Assembly: GCA_963663405.2 (NCBI GenBank)
Contig: CAXXSM010000062.1
Coordinates: 1 to 10,772, forward strand
From: a bacterium
GTDB lineage: Bacteria > Hinthialibacterota > Hinthialibacteria > Hinthialibacterales > Hinthialibacteraceae
Direction of reading: 5' to 3'
Length of the DNA: 10,772 bases
Below, in pieces: positions 1-7,400 of this stretch (positions are counted from its first letter, which is position 1; each line of letters opens with the position of its first letter). The notes below the pieces were generated by a model, which was not told where the DNA came from, searched no databases, and worked only from the letters and a program-made list of their open reading frames with translations. Position numbers and translations under genes: made by a program.

Positions 1-1212
1 GCGTTTTCTGAGATTAAATTTTCACGCAGTTCCTCAAAAGAGACTGTCACTTTGACGATACTCTTAACAGAGAACGCGGACAGCAAGGGGATTAAACATC
101 ACATCTGGAAAGATATGGTGATCGTTGATATCCCTTTGAAAAAACAAAATCCTAAATTCCCCACAATCGAGGAAATCAAAGCCTTCAAGGAAAAAGGTGG
201 AAAAGTGATCATACTCGATCCTGGTCATGGAGCGTTCAACTACGGCGCCTGCGGACAATCCTACAGCAAGCGCCCCCGGCTGCAAGAAAAAGCAGTCGCG
301 CTGGATGTATGCAAACGATTGAAAGCGCGTTTCGATAAACATCCCACAAAATATATGACGTTTCTAACGCGATACGATGATTATCTCCCCGCGCCGTTTG
401 GAGAGAAGGGAGAGACCCGGTATGATTTTTACAGTTTGGTCTCACTTCCCCATCGTGTACAGATGGCGATGGAATACTGTGGTGACATGTTCATTTCCGT
501 CCATCTCAACGGGTTGAATTCAAAGAAAGTACGCGGTTTTGAAATCCTTTATTATGGGGATGAGGAAGAGATCGATCGATACAATAGCAATCAAAATATT
601 GATCTGGAAGAGTGGCTGTCGATTGGAACCAGCGGGAATAAAGAGGATCATTCTATTTTTTCCGCCCTGAAGCGGGATCGAATTCCACGCGGAAACAAAC
701 AGCTGGCGGCCGCGATTGTACAGGAAATCACAAAAATCCAAGGAATGGAACTTCGTCCAAAACCGTTTGTTCCCCGTCAGATCCGGGTATTAAAACAATT
801 GAATATGCCTTCCGTGTTGACCGAATTAGGATTTGTGACCAATAACACCGATCATGAATTCCTGCGGCTGTCATCCACACGCGACAAAATCGCGGAGAGC
901 CTCTATACAGCGGTGGAACACTATTTCAAACAATCCAAGGAACTCACACCAACCGCGCTTGCATCCAACAAAACAAAGACAGCCCACGCCGGCAAGAAGA
1001 TACAACCAAAGCCGGCGCCGGCAAAAACAACTGTTCCACCCCAATATCACGTTATCCGCCGAGATGAAAGTCTGAGTGTCATCGCTTCCAAATATGGAAT
1101 TTCGATACGCGTACTAAAAGCTCTAAATAAAGGAAAAATCAAATCGAATAATACAATCATCGCAGGGGATAAACTCCTCCTGCCGAAAGGGATTCAATCC
1201 CAATCGAAATAG
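1..1212 (+). CDS. N-acetylmuramoyl-L-alanine amidase (Amidase_3) with one C-terminal LysM domain; 5'-partial, true start lies upstream of the window
   Basis: Frame is open from base 1 (AFSEIKFSRSSSKETVTLTI), which aligns with residue 94 onward of the downstream paralog (ALSEIRFSSSSTQKTVTLTI), so TTG at 52 is not the real start. Zn/catalytic motifs: LDPGHG, QEK, FISVHLN, PSVLTELGF. LysM: YHVIRRDESLSVIASKYGISIRVLKALN...IIAGDKLLLP. Stop TAG at 1210-1212. Confidence 0.93.
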   Translation, partial: AFSEIKFSRSSSKETVTLTILLTENADSKGIKHHIWKDMVIVDIPLKKQNPKFPTIEEIKAFKEKGGKVIILDPGHGAFNYGACGQSYSKRPRLQEKAVALDVCKRLKARFDKHPTKYMTFLTRYDDYLPAPFGEKGETRYDFYSLVSLPHRVQMAMEYCGDMFISVHLNGLNSKKVRGFEILYYGDEEEIDRYNSNQNIDLEEWLSIGTSGNKEDHSIFSALKRDRIPRGNKQLAAAIVQEITKIQGMELRPKPFVPRQIRVLKQLNMPSVLTELGFVTNNTDHEFLRLSSTRDKIAESLYTAVEHYFKQSKELTPTALASNKTKTAHAGKKIQPKPAPAKTTVPPQYHVIRRDESLSVIASKYGISIRVLKALNKGKIKSNNTIIAGDKLLLPKGIQSQSK

Positions 1213-1299
1213 TCCATCTCCTCTCCTAACGCGAGGCGCATGGACAGAGTCTTGATCATGTTATTATTCAAACCATCATGATTTGAGATCACAATGCAA

Positions 1300-1357
1300 A
1301 TGAAAATGAGTTGCGGGAGTGAATTCGAACGAGCAAGCCTTAGAAACTCATTTTCAT
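1300..1357. repeat. Perfect 13-bp inverted repeat ATGAAAATGAGTT (1300-1312) / AACTCATTTTCAT (1345-1357) with a 32-nt spacer
   Basis: Read directly from the sequence. The arms are exact reverse complements, and the right arm ends 6 nt before the Shine-Dalgarno at 1364. Confidence 0.85.
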
Positions 1358-1363
1358 ATAAAT

Positions 1364-1370
1364 AGGAGGT
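1364..1370 (+). promoter_or_regulatory. Shine-Dalgarno AGGAGGT for amidase 2
   Basis: AGGAGGT lies 6 nt upstream of ATG 1377. Confidence 0.85.
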
Positions 1371-1376
1371 TGAAGG

Positions 1377-3194
1377 ATGTATCGCGCTTCAGTAATGGAA
1401 AAACTGTTTCTTTGGATCTGTGTTTTATCAATCGGTTTCACTCTTTCCACACCCGCCGCATTCTCCAGATCCGCGGCGGCGCAGCTCGATGAGGTGCGAA
1501 TTGGAGATTTTCCAACCTATACACAGATCGCCCTCGAACTCTCATCAGACCGGTTTCAATGCCAAGTCATCCCCCAAAAAACGAATCCGCAATCCCTGCA
1601 AATCAAACTTACAGGCGCGGTCTGTTCCAAAAAGACGATGCAAAGTGACAATCCCGCGCTCTCCGAAATCCGGTTTTCCAGCAGTTCAACCCAAAAAACA
1701 GTAACACTAACAATTCCCTTGAAAGTGGACGCGGATATCGATGGAGTACAGCATCACGTTTGGAAAGACCTTGTAATCGTTGATATTCCATTGAAAAAAC
1801 AGAATCCACTATTCCCCACACAAGAGGAAATCAAGGCCTTCATCGAAAAAGGCGGGAAGGTGATCGTCCTCGATCCCGGTCATGGCGCGTACCGGACAGG
1901 AGCCATCGGTGGACATTCATGCAAGTGGCCCCGGCTGGAAGAAAAAACCGTCGCGCTGGATGTAGGCAAACGGCTGAAAGCGTATTTCGACACCCAACCG
2001 GATAAATACATGGCGATCCTGACGCGCTATGGGGATTACCTGCCCGCCCCTTTCGGCGCGAAAGGATCGACGAGAGATTCGTTTTACAGCTTCGTATCAC
2101 TTCCTCACCGCATACAGATGGCGAAAGATTTTTATGGAAGCGTCTTCATCTCGATCCACCTGAACGGCTTATCGTCCAATAAAGCGCGAGGATTCGAAAT
2201 TCTCTATTTCTCCGACGTCGACGCGGATAAACTCTACAACAATTCACAGAACATGGACTTGGAAGAATTGTCATTGCTCGGAGTTGACAAAAGCGATAAG
2301 GATAATTTTATCATTTCCGCCATCAAACGGGATAAAATTCCCCAGGAAAATAAACTCCTGGCCGGGGCGATCGTGCAAGAGATCAAAAACGTCCCCGGCG
2401 TCGTTCTGCGGCCAAAAACATTCGTGCCCCGCCGGATTCGTGTGTTAAAACAAATCAACATGCCGTCCGTGCTGGTCGAACTGGCTTTTTTGACGAATCC
2501 AACCGATCACGAGTTGGCGCGCCAAACCACCACCCGCGATAAAATGGCGAAGAGCATCTTTACCGCTGTTGAAAAATATTTCTTTAAACCCACGGACATC
2601 CCTCCCCCCACGATCGTTTCAAACACAACCACCACTACAACTGAGTCAGAACCGATCTCAGCAAAGCCTGTAATTCCGGAATATCATACCGTGCGGCGAA
2701 ATGAGACTCTCAGTTCCATCGCGGCGAAATACAACCTCTCCGTTAACACTTTAAAGGCTCTAAATAAAGGAAAAATCGGGCCGCGAAGCAGGATTTACGT
2801 GGACACCAAACTCCGCTTGCGGGGTGGTATCACCTCCAGTTCAAGCACGTCCAGAACCAGATCCCAATCGAGCGCTGGCAGTATAATCACATACAAAGTG
2901 CAAGCGCTGGACACACTGGCCAAAATCGCCGACCAATACAACACCAGCGTAAAAGACATTATGGCTCTGAACGGGAAACGGACAGTGAGAATCTATCCGG
3001 GGGACCGGTTAAGAATTCGTCCAGGCGGAAAGTATATCGCCTCCGCCAAACCGAAAATGTATAAAGTCCGAAAGCGGGATTCGCTGAGCGGGATCGCCGA
3101 ACGGTTCAATATTTCCGTCTCGCAGTTAATGCGGATCAATGGATTGAAACGCTCTAAAATCGTCGTTGGACAAGTGTTGAAGATCCCTTCCTAA
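1377..3194 (+). CDS. Secreted N-acetylmuramoyl-L-alanine amidase (AmiB/AmiC-like): signal peptide, AMIN-like domain, Amidase_3, three LysM domains
   Basis: Hydrophobic N-terminus (LFLWICVLSIGFTLSTPAAFS). AMIN-like start (LDEVRIGDFPTYTQIALEL). Motifs LDPGHG, EEK, FISIHLN, PSVLVELAF. Thr/Pro- and Ser-rich linkers. LysM repeats at about 2680-2820, 2890-3017 and 3057-3188. Strong RBS. Confidence 0.95.
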   Translation: MYRASVMEKLFLWICVLSIGFTLSTPAAFSRSAAAQLDEVRIGDFPTYTQIALELSSDRFQCQVIPQKTNPQSLQIKLTGAVCSKKTMQSDNPALSEIRFSSSSTQKTVTLTIPLKVDADIDGVQHHVWKDLVIVDIPLKKQNPLFPTQEEIKAFIEKGGKVIVLDPGHGAYRTGAIGGHSCKWPRLEEKTVALDVGKRLKAYFDTQPDKYMAILTRYGDYLPAPFGAKGSTRDSFYSFVSLPHRIQMAKDFYGSVFISIHLNGLSSNKARGFEILYFSDVDADKLYNNSQNMDLEELSLLGVDKSDKDNFIISAIKRDKIPQENKLLAGAIVQEIKNVPGVVLRPKTFVPRRIRVLKQINMPSVLVELAFLTNPTDHELARQTTTRDKMAKSIFTAVEKYFFKPTDIPPPTIVSNTTTTTTESEPISAKPVIPEYHTVRRNETLSSIAAKYNLSVNTLKALNKGKIGPRSRIYVDTKLRLRGGITSSSSTSRTRSQSSAGSIITYKVQALDTLAKIADQYNTSVKDIMALNGKRTVRIYPGDRLRIRPGGKYIASAKPKMYKVRKRDSLSGIAERFNISVSQLMRINGLKRSKIVVGQVLKIPS

Positions 3195-3249
3195 CACCGG
3201 CGATTTCTATATTAACTCATCCCTCCATGAAAGAAGCGCTATACTCCTG

Positions 3250-4326
3250 ATGAGCTCATCCAAACCCCGTCTCCGATATCTCCTGTTTTACGTCACCTCA
3301 CGTTGTAATTTACGGTGCCGTCACTGTTTCTATCTGGATGAATTGAACCAACACGATGAACTCTCTCTCGATGAAATCAAACGAGTGGCGGCCAGTCTGC
3401 GCCCGCTCGCTTTTGTGCGCATGACGGGGGGGGAGCCGTTTCTGCGCGATGACCTGCCGGAGGTTACTGAGGCGTTCCATCGGATCGCGGGTGTCCGGCG
3501 GATGGGGATTATTACGAATGGGACCAAGACGGATAAGATTAAGAATTCAGTAGATGGGATCTTTGAACGATGCCCTTCCCTTTCTCTTGATGTTGGCGTT
3601 TCGATCGACGGCCTCGAAGAAACGCACGACGCGATTCGCGGCTTACGCGGCGCGTATGAGAAAGCCCGGCGAACAGTAGAAATTGTGACACAGACGAAGG
3701 AGCGTTATCCCAACCTGCTCGTTTCGCTCGTGATTACCCTTACGGCGAAAAACGAACCGGAATTGGACGCGCTGTTCGAAGAATTGTCCGGATGGGGCGT
3801 GGACCGAATCTCCGTCAATCACGCGCGGGGATTGCCGGAGGATTCCGCGCTGATGAATGTTTCTCTCGAACGGTATCTCGAGTTTGCGAGACAGTGCGAA
3901 GAGTATCACCTAAGCCGGGACCGGAGTTGGAAAGCGAACATACAGCGCGCGAAAAACCGTCTCACACGCGAGGCGATCTCGCAAGTCGCGCAGGATGGCA
4001 AATCATCTATCCCCTGCCTGGCGGGTTCGGCTATTGGAGTCTTGTATTCCGATGGCGCGGTTCACCTCTGCGAAACGCTGGAGAAACCGCTCAAAGCAAC
4101 CGGCTCGATCCCAGAAACACATCCCCAACTCGGTAACGTGCGTGATGTGGATTACAATTTCAATCGCCTATGGCATTCCCAACAGGCGGACCACTGCCGC
4201 CAATGGATCCAAGCGGTCAACTGTTCCTGCACCCACGAATGTTTCCTGACAGCGAGTATTCTTTTTGGGAAAAAGAACTACTTTAAGCTGATTCGAGAAT
4301 GGTTTAAACTCACGATAACAGGGTAA
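3250..4326 (+). CDS. Radical SAM enzyme with SPASM/Twitch-type auxiliary Fe-S domain (MoaA/NifB/PqqE/SkfB-like family), substrate unknown
   Basis: CNLRCRHC (CxxxCxxC) at 3304-3327, TGGEP, ITNG, VSIDG...HDAIRG. C-terminal C-X12-G-X4-C (C256, C274) followed by C316, C325, C327 and C331. Confidence 0.93.
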   Translation: MSSSKPRLRYLLFYVTSRCNLRCRHCFYLDELNQHDELSLDEIKRVAASLRPLAFVRMTGGEPFLRDDLPEVTEAFHRIAGVRRMGIITNGTKTDKIKNSVDGIFERCPSLSLDVGVSIDGLEETHDAIRGLRGAYEKARRTVEIVTQTKERYPNLLVSLVITLTAKNEPELDALFEELSGWGVDRISVNHARGLPEDSALMNVSLERYLEFARQCEEYHLSRDRSWKANIQRAKNRLTREAISQVAQDGKSSIPCLAGSAIGVLYSDGAVHLCETLEKPLKATGSIPETHPQLGNVRDVDYNFNRLWHSQQADHCRQWIQAVNCSCTHECFLTASILFGKKNYFKLIREWFKLTITG

Positions 4327-4443
4327 TAAATTCTTCCAAATAACTAACTTGCCATCTTTTCCCGCTTGTGATAGGCTAAACATCTAAGAACGAAAAAATA
4401 TACTAATCTCAGCCTAATCTTGAAACAGGAATTCACCTTGAGA

Positions 4444-4463
4444 ATTTGTATAACATTACAAAT
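4444..4463. promoter_or_regulatory. Palindromic putative operator ATTTGTA-N6-TACAAAT upstream of the histidine kinase
   Basis: 7-bp arms at 4444-4450 and 4457-4463 are exact reverse complements. It lies in an AT-rich intergenic region 24 nt before ATG 4488 and overlaps a TATAAC -10-like hexamer. Function is inferred. Confidence 0.4.
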
Positions 4464-4487
4464 CTTGATCATTCATGACGAGATGCC

Positions 4488-7400
4488 ATGATTCTCAATC
4501 CAACAATAAATACGCGATCGAAACGAACGATATTCAGATTATTTGGTTCTGTTTGTTCCGCATTGTTATTTTTTTTCTTATTATTCCCTTTTCCAATTCA
4601 TAGCGAACCGGTTTGGTTTACTCGTCATTTTAAGCCTTCTGACGATTTAGCGTTCCAAATCGTCCGGGATATCGCTCTGGCGCCGGATGGGGCGATTTGG
4701 TTCGCGACTTGGGGAGGAGGGCTTTCCCGGTTCGATGGTTCTCACTGGCAGACCTATAACAAAGAGAAAACTATATCGGACTATATGATCCGCGCTCTCG
4801 CATTCGACCAGTATGGAAATTTATGGGCGGGCACGGTAAATGGAATCCAGCATTTTGACGGCGATGAATGGAAATTTTATTCCAAAGAAACCGTTCCCAA
4901 TCTGGACTATGACTCCGTTTTCACGATTTTGCCTCGCAAAAATGGGGAAATCTGGTTTGGCATGAATGGAGGATACCTTTATTCCTACGATCCACAAAAA
5001 CCGGAATCCGATCGATGGCGCCTCGTCCGGGATACCGGCTTTTTCAGGAAGCAAGGGATCCGGGATTGTATTGAGTTGGAAGATGGTTCCGTTTGGATCT
5101 GCGGTGATGGAATTTATTACTATGATGAGGAAGATAAGGATTGGACCGTATACACTATCAACGAACATTTCTACTCCATCTGCCATTTACAAGACGGCCG
5201 GATTTTGGCGGCTGGAACGAGTTATCTTTATCAATTGGATGGCGAAACATGGACGGTCATTGAGAAGGCAATGTACGAACCACGCAGTATCGTTCAAACC
5301 GCGGATGGTTCGATTCTTGTCGGCTCTAGAACAGGCGTGCAAATTGGTAATCATGGGATATGGAAAGATTTTGAACTTTCCGATGATTTCTCCCATCCCT
5401 ACGTCGAAGTGATCCGCGAGTTGGAGGATGGTTCCATATGGATCGGAACCCGGAATGGAGTGTACCTAGCCAGGCAATCAGATTGGTCTGTTTTTCCCGA
5501 TTCTTCCATCCATAGTTCCGTCTTTGGCCGCCGCTTCTTTTCATCAAAAAAATTCAAACCTCGAATTGCGAATTCGGATAGCCAGATCTTTGAGTTGCAG
5601 GGAGAAGAATGGATTTCCGCAGGAATGGCAGGAGGAGAATATGGAGAATTGGAGGAAATACTCAATTCTTCAGAACAACGCCTTACGGTGCGGAAACAGA
5701 ACGCAATCGTTGAGTATTTGACTCCGGATTTATCCATTGAACGTATCATTCCAATCCCAGAGACACTACGTCATCGAAAAGTATATCAAACACCGGATGG
5801 CGCCTTCTGGCTCTACGGAGAGGAAGACTTTTTCCAATGGACGGGATCGGAATGGAAACCATGCGAATCCAGCAGCACACGGGAAAACAAACGCATTCAA
5901 CTCTTCCGTGAAACGAGTGATGGAACGCGATGGGTCGCCTATCGGGGCAGTGTTGAGGCTATTGGAAAGGATTACGAGTTTTTAAACCTTTTCTCCACAC
6001 CAGGATATTCCAACCGCCACATTACTGAAATTATCCACACCAAAGACGGTTCGATATGGTTTGGAACGAGTGGGGCGGGGATCGTTGTTTATAAAGAGGG
6101 GAAAACCACAAAATATACGACAAAAAATGGACTCCCGAGCAATTGGATATTCTGCATATTCGAAAGTTCGGATGGAACCATTTGGGCGGGGATGGATGAT
6201 TCCAGCGCCGCTTCATTCCGGGATGGACGTTGGATATCCTTTACACAGAAAGAAATACAGCTACGGGGCCACGTGACTCGAATCACGGAAGATCCGGACG
6301 GCGCAATCTGGTTTGCCGTCGAATCCACTGGATTGGCGCGTTACCTTCCATCCACAGATCCTCCACAAACCGAAATTCAAGATTTCACGCAGCATCTCAC
6401 CGAAAACAGCGCCGGTGTCTTTTCGTTCCGCGGGTGGGATACATGGCATAATACGCACCCAAGCGAATTGGTCTACTCATGGCGAATAACAAAAATTGGC
6501 AAGGAAGGAGAAATCGTTCCTTGGAAGCCGTATACGACTCAGACTATTGTCAGCACCCCTTGTCTTTTCGCAGGTCATTATATTTTTGAAGTTAAAGCGG
6601 CGGATAAAGAACGGAACGCTGATCCCACTCCCGATTCCATTCCCTTCACTGTGGAGCCATTCTTTTATAAAAAATCCGGTTTCTGGATTCCGGTTCTGTT
6701 ATGCGCACTCACCGCATTGATTTCGATTGGTTTCGTGTTGATCAAACACCGAGCGCTTCTCGCAAGTGAAAAATGGCTTTCACAGGCGCAATCCATCGCT
6801 CACATAGGACATTGGATTTACGACATACAACGAGGAATGCTAGCGGGTTCGGACGAATTTTATAAAATATTGGGAGTTTCTCGAAACGAAATGTCCTCAA
6901 CCACACAATCGATACGGCAAATCATTCATCCGTTGGATTATGATTACGTTCAATCGGAAATACGCGGTATCTTGGTAAACCAACAGGCCGCCGATTTTGA
7001 GCATCGAATCATCCAGCCAAACGGAAACATACGCACGATCCATGTCCGGGCGGATATCAAGATAAATGGCACGGAGAATTCCACTCGTTTGCTAGGCGTC
7101 ATTCAAGATATAACCGAAAAACGGCGTTTGGAAGAGGAAGCCCAAAAAGCGCAGAAACTTGAATCGATTGGAATCCTCGCAGGGGGGATCGCTCACGATT
7201 TTAATAACTTACTCACGGCGATTATCGGTAATATCGCTTTAGCGAAATACTCACTCCCCAGGGAAAATGACGCGTACAAACGATTGCTGGATTCAGAAAA
7301 AGCCTCCCATCGAGCGCAGGATCTAACCAAACAACTTCTTACTTTTTCCGCGGGGAACCGGCCCATCAAAAAGAAATGCTCGATTGAAGATGTCGTCAGA

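Noticed and set aside
52-54. TTG start of the 386-aa ORF
   Set aside because: The frame is open to base 1 and stays homologous to the paralog upstream of 52, so the gene is truncated by the window.
1212-1245. Hairpin GTCCAT...ATGGAC after amidase 1 as an intrinsic terminator
   Set aside because: Only a 6-bp outer stem with an interrupted inner stem and no U-tract.
1213-1376. c-di-AMP or c-di-GMP riboswitch upstream of a LysM/amidase gene
   Set aside because: I could not find the conserved cores of these riboswitches by eye. An Rfam scan would settle it.
2620-2645. ACA/ACC/ACT-rich stretch as a tandem repeat or phase-variation tract
   Set aside because: It encodes a Thr-rich linker with mixed codons and is not a perfect repeat.
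4437-4459. Proteobacterial Zur box (TATAACATTAC resembles its right half)
   Set aside because: The left half-site does not match. The TGTA-N6-TACA palindrome explains the region better.
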